Origin: Candidatus Latescibacterota bacterium
GTDB taxonomy: Bacteria > Latescibacterota > UBA2968 > GCA-2709665
DNA length: 64,000 nt
NCBI GenBank assembly: GCA_965208835.1
Contig: OZ242358.1
Location: forward strand, 2,656,001-2,720,000
Reading direction: 5' to 3'
How positions within the stretch are numbered: position 1 is the stretch's first letter; each line of letters starts with the position of its first letter. The notes beneath the pieces are model-generated. The model had not been told where the DNA came from. It ran no database searches and worked only from the letters and a program-made list of their open reading frames with translations. Both the position numbers and the translations under genes were made by a program. Shown here piece after piece: positions 1 through 8,673 of this stretch.

Positions 1-1038
1 AATCTGGTACTGCTTCGGGAGCTGACGGCAGACTTGAAACGGCGTATGGACGTGCTGTCGACGGTATATAATGTACGAACCAGCTTCCAGGACGGTCAAC
101 CCGAGGTGGACGTCGTGCTGCGGCCGGAAGTCACAGCGGCGTTCGGCCTTACCTCACAGAACCTCGTGCGTGAACTCGAGCGCAGACTCGGCGGCGAGGA
201 AGCCGGAGAACTCTCCAAGGACCAGCGTGCGCGAACCATCCGGGTGGGGTTCGAAGACGTGGATCTTCGTGAGTTGGAACATGCGAGAATCGACGGCCCC
301 GACGGGGCAAGGCTCACGCTGGGAGACCTCGCCGACCTTCGCGTGGTCCAGGGTCCAAGAGAAATTCTGCGTGACGGTCAGCGCAGGGTGGGGAGGGTAT
401 CCGCTTTTCTGACCGAAGGCGTGGTCTTGAGCCAGGCGGCAACGCAGATCAGACAGGCGGTCAGTCAGATGGCCATTCCACACGGGTACCGGATAACCAT
501 AACCGGCGAGGAACGGGAACGTGCCGAATCGTTCGGAGGCCTGCAATTCGCCCTTCTGCTTTCCGTGGTGCTCGTCTACATGGTCATGGCATCGCTCTTC
601 GAGTCTCTGCTGCATCCGTTTACCGTGATGCTGACCGTGCCGCTGGCCGGCATCGGGGTGGTGTTCGCATTCTGGGGACTGGGAGAGGCTTTCGGCGTGA
701 TGGCTTTCATCGGAGCGATCATGCTGGGAGGCATCGCGGTCAACGACGCCATCATCCTGGTGGACCACATCAACCAGTTGCGGCGGAAAGCGGGCGATGT
801 CAGGATGGCCGTCCTCCAGGGCGCGCAGGATCGTCTGCGTCCCATCCTGATGACCAGCGCCACGACCATTCTGGCACTGCTGCCCATGGCGGTGGGTGTC
901 GGCGAAGGCGCCCGCCTGCGGGCGCCGATGGCAGTGGCGGTTATCGGCGGATTGGTGACGTCCACATTAATGACCCTGGTGGTGATTCCAGTCGTCTACG
1001 AAATGATCGAACGGCTCAGAAACAGGAGGACGGCGTGA
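1..1038 (+). CDS. RND (AcrB/AcrD/AcrF family) efflux permease, C-terminal part (5'-truncated by the window edge)
   Basis: Frame is open from base 1. C-terminal RND motifs: LVYMVMASLFESLLHP, GIAVNDAIILVD, RLRPILMT, IGGLVTSTLMTLVVIPVVY. Confidence 0.93.
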   Translation, partial: NLVLLRELTADLKRRMDVLSTVYNVRTSFQDGQPEVDVVLRPEVTAAFGLTSQNLVRELERRLGGEEAGELSKDQRARTIRVGFEDVDLRELEHARIDGPDGARLTLGDLADLRVVQGPREILRDGQRRVGRVSAFLTEGVVLSQAATQIRQAVSQMAIPHGYRITITGEERERAESFGGLQFALLLSVVLVYMVMASLFESLLHPFTVMLTVPLAGIGVVFAFWGLGEAFGVMAFIGAIMLGGIAVNDAIILVDHINQLRRKAGDVRMAVLQGAQDRLRPILMTSATTILALLPMAVGVGEGARLRAPMAVAVIGGLVTSTLMTLVVIPVVYEMIERLRNRRTA

Positions 1039-4000
1039 TTCTCCCCGATCTTGCGGTCCGGCGGCCGGTCACCACGTCCATGTTCTTTGCCGCGTTCGCC
1101 ATATTGGGGGTGGTGTCGTGGACGAGGCTCCCCATACAGCTTTTTCCGGAGCTGATCTTTCCGGAGGTATATGTCACGCTGACGCTGCAGGGGGCCTCTC
1201 CGGAACAGGTAGAGAGAGATCTGCTGATTCCCGTCGAAGGCGAGATCGGCAAACTCGACGGCGTCCAGGAGATGGAATCGTTCGCGATGGCAAACAGGGG
1301 GGGTGTCCGGGTATCCTACGCCCCCGACGTGGATATGAAATTCGCCCTGCTTCAGCTGCAGAGCAACCTGAACCGATTGCAGGCATCGCTGCCCGAACGC
1401 ACGCAGACCGATGTACGGAGGTTCGATTCGACCGATCTCAGCAGCAGCATTATGGAGCTTCACGTGCTTGCCGACTGGGACCTGAACCAGTTGCGGGAGT
1501 TCGCGGAGGAAAAGATCCGACCCGAACTGGAGTCTGTCGACGGCGTCGTGAACGTATCCGTATTGGGCGGGCGCCGCAGCGCGGTTGAAATCGTCCTGGA
1601 TCCGTTCCTGCTGGAAGCGCACGGCCTTTCGACGGGCCAGGTACGGACACGCCTTAACAGCCACAACCGGAGACGTGAGTACCTGGGTCGGGTATACGAC
1701 GGGAACCGGGCCTATTCGGTTAGCATTCAGGGACAGTTTACGGACCTGCACCAGATTCGCAATCTCGTCTTGAACGAGGACGGCACGCTCAGGTTGGGCG
1801 ACGTCTCGCGGATCAGGCACGGACTTCAGGAGCAGGCCGATCGGCACAGAGTCAACGGCAAACCTTCTGTGGGCGTGCGCGTCCAGAAGGACGACGAAGC
1901 GAATCTGATCGAAGTGGCCGCTGACGTGGAAACCGCCGTTGGCCGGCTGAATCGGAATCTCGAGAGTGAGGGTGTGGAACTGGGCGTGAGTTCCTCCCAG
2001 GCCGATCTGATGACGGGGGCGCTCTCCACCCTGAAACAGGCGGCCATCGTCGGTGCCGTGCTCGGGCTCATCGTACTCTTTCTGTTTCTTCGCAACCTGC
2101 GTTTTGTCTCGGTCCTCCTGCTGGCCATCCCGGTCTCCCTCCTGATGACCTTTAATCTGATGTACCTGGGCGGGCTGTCCGTCAACGTGCTGTCGCTTTG
2201 CGGTCTCGCGCTCGCGATGGGAATGCTCGCGGACAACGGCATCGTGGTGATGGAGAATATCTTCAAACACTACGAACGAGGAAAGTCGCCCGCGCGCGCG
2301 GCACGGGACGGGGCGTCCGAAGTCGGGCGCGCGGTGATCGCGGCGACAGCAACCACGGTAACCGCATTCCTGCCGGTTCTGTTCATCGAAAGCGACGCAC
2401 GAGACCTGCTGCGTGAACTCGCGTTGTCCATGGCGTTTCCGCTTGTGGCTTCGCTGCTGGTGGCGCTTACGCTTGTCCCCGCCCTTGCCGTCCGCGCATT
2501 GAGCAGCGAGGTCCGGCAGCCGCCGGACGTCCGTGGCCTGCTCGAACGGTATACCATGCTGTTGAAGGCCGCATTGCGGCACCGTGCATCTGTGGTCCTG
2601 GCGGTCGGCGCCGCCCTTGCGCTGACACTCGTCCTGGCCTTCTTCTACCTGCTTCAACAACAGGTACGGAGGGAGGAGACGCGCTTTACGGTTTACGTGA
2701 ATCTGCCGGAAGGCGCCACGCTGGATGCCACGGATGAGGTTGTGAAACAGGTGGAGGAATCCGTACGGGACGTGCCCGGTCTGGATCGCTTTACGGCGTC
2801 GGTCCGTGAGGCCGAGGCCGACGTAAACGTCCTGCTGCATAACCGTTCCGGGCGGCCCGGTGGTATCTCGCTGGATGAAATCAAGGAACAGCTGGACGAG
2901 AAACTGCAGAATGTACAGGGAGGTGTCGTTGGATACGAACCCAGGCCCAGGGCGGGGAGGGGGGGCCGTGGGCAGGGGATAGGTCAACGCCGGCGGCGCA
3001 GTTCCGGAGGGTTCGATCTGACCGGAACCACGCCTGCAGAGCAGGTCGTGGTACGCGGATACGACTTTACGATACTGACAATGATCGCGAACGACGTGTC
3101 ATACCGGCTTGAGGAACTCGAGGAGGTGGATGCCAACAGTGTACGTGCCGACGCCGAACGGAGTTCGCCCGAGGTCCAGGTGATTCCCGACGCGTCGGCC
3201 CTGTTCGACAGGCGGCTCGACACGCGGGAGGTCCTCGCTGCAATGGGTGACACCCGATGGGACGGGTTCAGAACGACCGTTCCGTTTCTGCTGCCCGATG
3301 CCACCGAGATACCCATCGAAGTGCGAACGATCGAAGAGGAGGACCGCGACCGGTACGGGCTGTCTGAATTCCGGCGTTCGCGCATTCTGAACCAGGACGG
3401 CCACTACGTACCTCTTAACGAAGTCGCCCGGGTCCGGACGGACGAGGGCAGAAGCAGCCTGTTGCGGACCGACCAGACTCGCCGGCTCGTGGTTTCGTAC
3501 AGGTTTCCATCGGAAGTTCTGGATTCTCAACCACGATTGGATCTTGCGAGGCGGGCGGTGCGCGCGACGCTGCAGGATATGCTGCTTCCCGAGGGTTATT
3601 CGATCGAAGTCATCGAGGCACACGAGGAGATGATTTACTATTGGATGATGGCAATAGCCGCGGTACTCATCTATATGATTCTGGCCTCGCTGTTTGAATC
3701 TCTCTCCTCTCCGATAATCATCCTGTGTACGCTTCCGCCCGCGGCCATCGGCTCCTGCTGGGCGCTGATGATGTCAGGTACGGGCCTGAGCCAGCAGGAG
3801 GGTCCCATGGCGCTACTGGGCTTCATCGTCCTGCTTGGTATTGCGGTGAATAACGGGATTATCCTGATCGACGCCGTCGGTGTGCTCAGATCCCGATTCG
3901 GCTATCGTCGGGAACGCGCCGTACTGGCGGCCGCGAGATCCCGTGTAAGACCCATCCTGATGACAACGGCCACCACGCTGCTGGGCGTTCTTCCGCTGGC

Positions 4001-5747
4001 GCTGGAATTCGGCGGCGATTTTGAGATCTGGCCACCCTTCGCAATCACGGTACTGGGCGGATTGTCGGTCTCCATGGTGTCCACGCTGATCCTGATTCCA
4101 GTCGTATATATGGGACTGGATCAAATCGGAGATTGGCTTGCAGATATGGGGTTAATCGGCGTCGCGCTCTCGCTGCTGGCCACGGCCGCGGCCGGCTACG
4201 GCATATTTGTCCGATATGAAAGCACCTTCTGGGCAAGCCTGTCGATAATACCACTCTGGATTGTCTTTTTGACCGTGGCGTGGATCATCCAGAAGGTACA
4301 TCGCTCGCGAGTCGCCGCCCGCCGCGTGTCGAGCGCCGTACACGCCATTCAGTTGAGAAACCTTACCAAGATTTACGGTGCACCCGGACGATTCGTGCGG
4401 GAGTGGGCGCGTGATGAGCGCCGGCGCGGGCGGCTGATGAAAACAGGTCTGGATCCGCAGGACCGCAAGGCGATCCGCGACGCACTCTTTTGGAAGCTGC
4501 CTTTGCTTGCGCTGTTGTCGTTATTCACCGCCTATTTCGAAGACGAAATCTGGGTCTATCTGCATGGGTTGGCGTTGGCCTTTATGGTGGCCCACGTGGG
4601 TCGATGTTTCGCAGACCTCCGCCAGTGGCATCTGCAGGCGCCGTTCGCTGCCATTGTCAGACTGCTGAACAAAGTCGTTCTTCCACTGACGCTTATCGCC
4701 TATGTGCACTGGCGGCTGGACCTGCTTTCGGTCACGCTTGCCACATTCGGACTGTGGGCCGCCTATCGTCTGGCACGCCGGCTTGCAAACCGGGTACGGA
4801 CGGGCGAGATCGATCCTGATGCCCTGTCGGGACGTCTTCTGCGACCGCGCCGGTGGTTCTATCAGATGGCGTCGGCGCTGCCTATTATTGGCGTTCCCCG
4901 GCGGGAATTTCGGGCGCTGGCTGGCGTCAACCTGGAAATCGGCAGGGGGATGTTCGGTCTTCTGGGTCCGAATGGCGCCGGCAAGACCACGTTGATGCGT
5001 ATTCTCTGCCGTGTACTCGAACCCAGCTACGGGTCCATTCTGATCGACGGCCGAAATATCCCGAATAAGGGTTCGATCCATGGACTGATCGGGTACCTGC
5101 CACAGCACTTCGGCAACTACGGACACCTTTCCGCATACGAGTTTCTGGAGTATAGAGCGCTGCTCGAGGGCTTCAAGGACAGAAAGATTCGCGAGACCCG
5201 GGTGATCGAATCTCTGGAGCAGGTCAATCTGAGCGAACGAAGAGACGATCCGATCGGCTCTTTTTCGGGCGGAATGAAGCAGCGCCTCGGCATCGCGCAG
5301 ACGCTCCTGCACGCCCCGCTGATCGTCGTCGTGGACGAGCCCACGGCGGGACTCGATCCGTTGGAGCGTATCCGGTTTCGCAACCTGCTCGCCAGGCTGA
5401 GTCAGGATCGCATCGTCATTTTTTCCACGCATATCGTGGAAGACATCTCGGGAAGCTGCAATCGGCTGGCGGTACTGGACCAGGGGCGTCTACTGTATAC
5501 GGGAACGCCGGGGGAGATGAGAAATCTGGCGGCGGGCCGGGTGTGGGACGCGGTGGTTCCGGACGGACGCTTTTCCGACATGGAGGAACAACTGAAGCTC
5601 ATATCGCACCAGCGAACCCCCGACGGCGTCCGGATGCGATTCCTGTCGGAACGGGCACCGGCCGGAATCGGCGCACAGATCGTGGACCCAACCCTGGAAG
5701 ACGCATATCTCTACCTGCTTGGCGGAGGGGAGGGACAGCCGTGCTGA
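1035..5747 (+). CDS. RND permease fused to a C-terminal ABC ATP-binding domain (1570 aa)
   Basis: GTGA overlap with the upstream RND. RND motifs: AVRRPV, MLADNGIVVMENI, RVRPILMT. ABC motifs: Walker A GPNGAGKTT, Q-loop YLPQ, signature FSGGMKQR, Walker B VVVDEPTAGLD, switch STH. Confidence 0.92.
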   Translation: MILPDLAVRRPVTTSMFFAAFAILGVVSWTRLPIQLFPELIFPEVYVTLTLQGASPEQVERDLLIPVEGEIGKLDGVQEMESFAMANRGGVRVSYAPDVDMKFALLQLQSNLNRLQASLPERTQTDVRRFDSTDLSSSIMELHVLADWDLNQLREFAEEKIRPELESVDGVVNVSVLGGRRSAVEIVLDPFLLEAHGLSTGQVRTRLNSHNRRREYLGRVYDGNRAYSVSIQGQFTDLHQIRNLVLNEDGTLRLGDVSRIRHGLQEQADRHRVNGKPSVGVRVQKDDEANLIEVAADVETAVGRLNRNLESEGVELGVSSSQADLMTGALSTLKQAAIVGAVLGLIVLFLFLRNLRFVSVLLLAIPVSLLMTFNLMYLGGLSVNVLSLCGLALAMGMLADNGIVVMENIFKHYERGKSPARAARDGASEVGRAVIAATATTVTAFLPVLFIESDARDLLRELALSMAFPLVASLLVALTLVPALAVRALSSEVRQPPDVRGLLERYTMLLKAALRHRASVVLAVGAALALTLVLAFFYLLQQQVRREETRFTVYVNLPEGATLDATDEVVKQVEESVRDVPGLDRFTASVREAEADVNVLLHNRSGRPGGISLDEIKEQLDEKLQNVQGGVVGYEPRPRAGRGGRGQGIGQRRRRSSGGFDLTGTTPAEQVVVRGYDFTILTMIANDVSYRLEELEEVDANSVRADAERSSPEVQVIPDASALFDRRLDTREVLAAMGDTRWDGFRTTVPFLLPDATEIPIEVRTIEEEDRDRYGLSEFRRSRILNQDGHYVPLNEVARVRTDEGRSSLLRTDQTRRLVVSYRFPSEVLDSQPRLDLARRAVRATLQDMLLPEGYSIEVIEAHEEMIYYWMMAIAAVLIYMILASLFESLSSPIIILCTLPPAAIGSCWALMMSGTGLSQQEGPMALLGFIVLLGIAVNNGIILIDAVGVLRSRFGYRRERAVLAAARSRVRPILMTTATTLLGVLPLALEFGGDFEIWPPFAITVLGGLSVSMVSTLILIPVVYMGLDQIGDWLADMGLIGVALSLLATAAAGYGIFVRYESTFWASLSIIPLWIVFLTVAWIIQKVHRSRVAARRVSSAVHAIQLRNLTKIYGAPGRFVREWARDERRRGRLMKTGLDPQDRKAIRDALFWKLPLLALLSLFTAYFEDEIWVYLHGLALAFMVAHVGRCFADLRQWHLQAPFAAIVRLLNKVVLPLTLIAYVHWRLDLLSVTLATFGLWAAYRLARRLANRVRTGEIDPDALSGRLLRPRRWFYQMASALPIIGVPRREFRALAGVNLEIGRGMFGLLGPNGAGKTTLMRILCRVLEPSYGSILIDGRNIPNKGSIHGLIGYLPQHFGNYGHLSAYEFLEYRALLEGFKDRKIRETRVIESLEQVNLSERRDDPIGSFSGGMKQRLGIAQTLLHAPLIVVVDEPTAGLDPLERIRFRNLLARLSQDRIVIFSTHIVEDISGSCNRLAVLDQGRLLYTGTPGEMRNLAAGRVWDAVVPDGRFSDMEEQLKLISHQRTPDGVRMRFLSERAPAGIGAQIVDPTLEDAYLYLLGGGEGQPC

Positions 5748-6463
5748 ACTGGCGGGAACTGCTGTTGACCACGTGGCGGCTTTATCGGCTGAGCTGCAGG
5801 ATCATCTTTCACAGGAAACTGATGTTCATGTCCATTGGCATCCTTGTCTATTACGCCGCCATGTACGCATTCGCGGTGTGGCGTCCCGACGAAGGATTCG
5901 GCGTATCGAGGGCGCTCCATGTTCTGGTTGAAATTCCCGGCATCGCACTGGCCATCTATCTGACGATGGATCTCGTCGCTGGCGAACGTGACAGGAATAC
6001 ACTGGAGACGTTGTTCAGCACAACCTCGTCGCACTACAGGATCTGGACGATTCGAATGTTGGGGGTCTATCTGGTGCTTGCGGGAACACTAACGGGAATG
6101 ACGATTGTCGCCTACTTCTTCTTCGCGGAACTGCCGATCCTATGGGGCGGGTTGAACGCCTTTCTGCCGGCGTGCTTTGCAGCGGGGCTCACTTTTTACT
6201 TTTCCGTTCTCTGTCGAAGCGGAAACGCGGCCGCAATGCTCGCAACGGGCGTGATGGGCCTGACGCTTGTTGCCTCACAATCAATGCCCGACTCGCCCTT
6301 CGTGCTTTTTCTGGATACGTTCGATCCCCCGGTGGGAATGGAAGACACGTTGTGGGGCGACCGCGTACTGCTGAATCGCATGGCGGTCGCGCTGCTGTCG
6401 GGCCTGCTGCTTCTTATTGGTCTTCGCAAGATGGAAGCCAGGGAAAGATTGGTATCTTCGTAG
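5741..6463 (+). CDS. ABC-2 type transporter permease
   Basis: GTG start overlaps the stop of the fusion gene. About 6 hydrophobic segments and an ABC-2-like motif AGERDRNTLETLFST. Confidence 0.8.
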   Translation: MLNWRELLLTTWRLYRLSCRIIFHRKLMFMSIGILVYYAAMYAFAVWRPDEGFGVSRALHVLVEIPGIALAIYLTMDLVAGERDRNTLETLFSTTSSHYRIWTIRMLGVYLVLAGTLTGMTIVAYFFFAELPILWGGLNAFLPACFAAGLTFYFSVLCRSGNAAAMLATGVMGLTLVASQSMPDSPFVLFLDTFDPPVGMEDTLWGDRVLLNRMAVALLSGLLLLIGLRKMEARERLVSS

Positions 6464-6516
6464 GTTTGCGCTGCCCCGCATCTGATGAACCCGGGCCGAA
6501 TCCTCTCCAGCACATT

Positions 6517-7659
6517 CTATTCCCTGCTTACATCCAATCGGACCTTCCGGGGAACGACGTTTACGACCGCCAGGTCCGTCCCGTGCCTTACCGACTCGGT
6601 GCCGAATTCAAAGGTTCTGCGTCCAAACCTCACGTAACCGGCGTCGATAACGAGTTGGAAGTCGTCCACGGGCGCCAATAGGATTGCACGACGCGGACCC
6701 TTCATGGTAACGTCTACGACGGCAGGTGTAACGCCCTTCAGCTTATAGCCACGTGGCAGATTCTCCACGCCGACCTTCACTTCGTATGTCGTTTCCCGGA
6801 CCGCCGCGCCGGGTACCAGAAACATCCACGCGCAGAACGCCAGCACGAGGGAAACCAACCCCTCCGCAAGACGCCGCACCAGCCGGCCCCGTCCGTTTTT
6901 CCGCCCGCCGGCGACCACGTGCTGCGCATGTTCCTGCAACCTGGCCAGAAGTTCAACCGGGTCGCCTACGACTTCCAGCACTCCCTGTTGCGCCACGGAG
7001 ATGGTGCCGCGCTCTTCGGAGACAACGAGGCACAGGGCATCGCTGCGTTCGGCCAGCCCGAGCGCAGCGGCGTGGCGGGTGCCTCCCGCGCCGAGTTCGG
7101 TGCGGTTTTCCGAAAGCGGCAGATGTACGGCGAAACGCTCCAGTTGGTCATCTTTCATCACCAGAGCCCCGTCGTGGCCCGCCGACGACGTACCGAACAG
7201 GCTGTCGATCAGCTCTTCACTGATATTGGCCTGTAGCGCGATCCCGCCCTGCAGAAGCCTGTCCAGCGGCTCTCGCCCGGGCAGGACCACGAGGGCGCCC
7301 CGCCGCTTCACCGCCAGCTGATGAATCGCACGAACCAGCACCGCCAGGCTGCCTCCTCGGGGCCGGGATACCCGTCTGCCGAGGCCCAGCGCGGCAATCT
7401 GTTCGAACAGCCGCCGGAGGTCGTCCTGAAATACAACGACAAGCAGCACAACCAGCACTGCGAAAAAACCCTGGAATATCCACGCCGTCAGCTGCAGTTC
7501 GAATTGCCGGGCCAGCAGATAGAAGACGCCCAGAAACGCCAGCCCCACAAGCGCCATTCGCGCGTGCATTCTCCGTGTCCAGGCAAGCAGACCCCAGATC
7601 AATACACCCACGACCGCTACGTCCACCAGATCGGCAAATGCGATGTCCATTAACGCCAT
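6517..7659 (-). CDS. cdaA: Diadenylate cyclase (CdaA/DacA, DisA_N domain) with N-terminal TM helices and a C-terminal TM + YbbR/CdaR-like domain
   Basis: Three N-terminal TMs, VVVFQDDLRR, GALVV, HDGA, GTRHAAALGLAERSDA, VVSEERG; C-terminal VENLPRGY...VDVTMKGPR is YbbR-like. Confidence 0.88.
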   Translation of the reverse strand: MALMDIAFADLVDVAVVGVLIWGLLAWTRRMHARMALVGLAFLGVFYLLARQFELQLTAWIFQGFFAVLVVLLVVVFQDDLRRLFEQIAALGLGRRVSRPRGGSLAVLVRAIHQLAVKRRGALVVLPGREPLDRLLQGGIALQANISEELIDSLFGTSSAGHDGALVMKDDQLERFAVHLPLSENRTELGAGGTRHAAALGLAERSDALCLVVSEERGTISVAQQGVLEVVGDPVELLARLQEHAQHVVAGGRKNGRGRLVRRLAEGLVSLVLAFCAWMFLVPGAAVRETTYEVKVGVENLPRGYKLKGVTPAVVDVTMKGPRRAILLAPVDDFQLVIDAGYVRFGRRTFEFGTESVRHGTDLAVVNVVPRKVRLDVSRE

Positions 7660-7741
7660 TTCGGGGGTTCTGCGGCTGTGAAATTCAGGCTTCCGAATGC
7701 TAAAGCATACACTTGAGCGGTGGATTTATCCACCGGTACGG

Positions 7742-7770
7742 AATATGGGCAATCTTTCACATTTCGTCAA
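7742..7770 (-). promoter_or_regulatory. Putative sigma70 promoter for cdaA
   Basis: TTGACG-17 nt-CATATT on the minus strand. Confidence 0.55.
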
Positions 7771-7892
7771 GACCCCGTCCGGTATTCATCAATAATCCGG
7801 CGAATGCCCGCCGGGTACCGTGACACCCTGATCGTCGCGGGGTCCGCCGACCGCTTCGTGAAACGGAATTGCCCGTTGTACCCGTCTTTCGC

Positions 7893-7921
7893 TTGGCCGG
7901 TACCCGGAAAATACATATATT
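7893..7921 (+). promoter_or_regulatory. Putative sigma70 promoter for the TPR/lyase operon
   Basis: TTGGCC-17 nt-TATATT. Confidence 0.45.
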
Positions 7922-7992
7922 TATCGACTCCGGAATCAACAGGAAATGGATACCGATTCATCAGGCGCTGTTACGGCATGGAGGTAAGTGAT

Positions 7993-8673
7993 ATGCAGGG
8001 TACACGGGGACGGTTGACCAGACGGGAACTCAGGCAGGACGAGTTTGTCAACAGAATACTGGCGGCGTGGGCCTATGTGGAAGAGAACTATGTCCGGGTG
8101 CTTGCCGCCGGCGGGGGAGTGGTTGTCCTGATCCTGCTCGGCGTATTCGTCATGCACCAGATGGACGCCCAGGCCATGGAGGCGGTGGAGGCGGAGGGCC
8201 GGGTCCGGGTACTGCTGCTCCAGGGGAGGGTCGACGATGCCATTCTGGACGCGGAACGCGTTGCGGAAGCCTATAGCGGAGATGCGGCAGCGGGGCGGGC
8301 GCTTCAACTGGCTGGCGGTCTTTATTTCGAAACCGGACGCTACGCGGAGGCGCGTGCTGCATTCGAGAGATACCTGCAGGCGTTCGACGGGGGAGGACCC
8401 GCGAGGTACAGCGCCTGGTCCGGTATCGCGGCCGCAATGGCAGAAGAGGGTGATCAGGCAGGTGCGGCAGCCAAATACCTGGCGTTCGCCGACGAATTCG
8501 TCGACTCGCCGTTTGCGCCCAATGCGCTAAGGGAGGCTGCGCGCTGTTACAGACTATCGGGCGATACAGTCCAGGCCGGAACGCTGCTCCAGCGCATCCT
8601 GGACCGTTATCCCAGAAGCCCGGTTGCGCAAAGCGCCGGGGAGGAACTCAATCAGATGGGTGGTGTCGGATGA
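7993..8673 (+). CDS. Membrane-anchored tetratricopeptide repeat protein (YfgM/CpoB-like)
   Basis: GGAGG RBS before ATG 7993; N-terminal RLTRRELRQDEF, one TM, TPR helices, C-terminal RYPRSP. Confidence 0.78.
   Translation: MQGTRGRLTRRELRQDEFVNRILAAWAYVEENYVRVLAAGGGVVVLILLGVFVMHQMDAQAMEAVEAEGRVRVLLLQGRVDDAILDAERVAEAYSGDAAAGRALQLAGGLYFETGRYAEARAAFERYLQAFDGGGPARYSAWSGIAAAMAEEGDQAGAAAKYLAFADEFVDSPFAPNALREAARCYRLSGDTVQAGTLLQRILDRYPRSPVAQSAGEELNQMGGVG

Noticed and set aside
996-2987. Long antisense ORFs (996-2987, 9402-11192, 28152-29912, 47229-48443 and others)
   Set aside because: They are shadow frames of well-supported genes in GC-rich DNA and carry no family motifs.
7660-7992. c-di-AMP or other riboswitch upstream of cdaA
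   Set aside because: No recognisable riboswitch consensus; divergent promoters explain the region.
7720-7992. Upstream extensions of ORF-track starts (TPR gene, also der, mutL, hpt, PCD, ychF)
   Set aside because: The extensions lack family similarity or overlap promoters and neighbouring genes; downstream starts fit family N-termini better.
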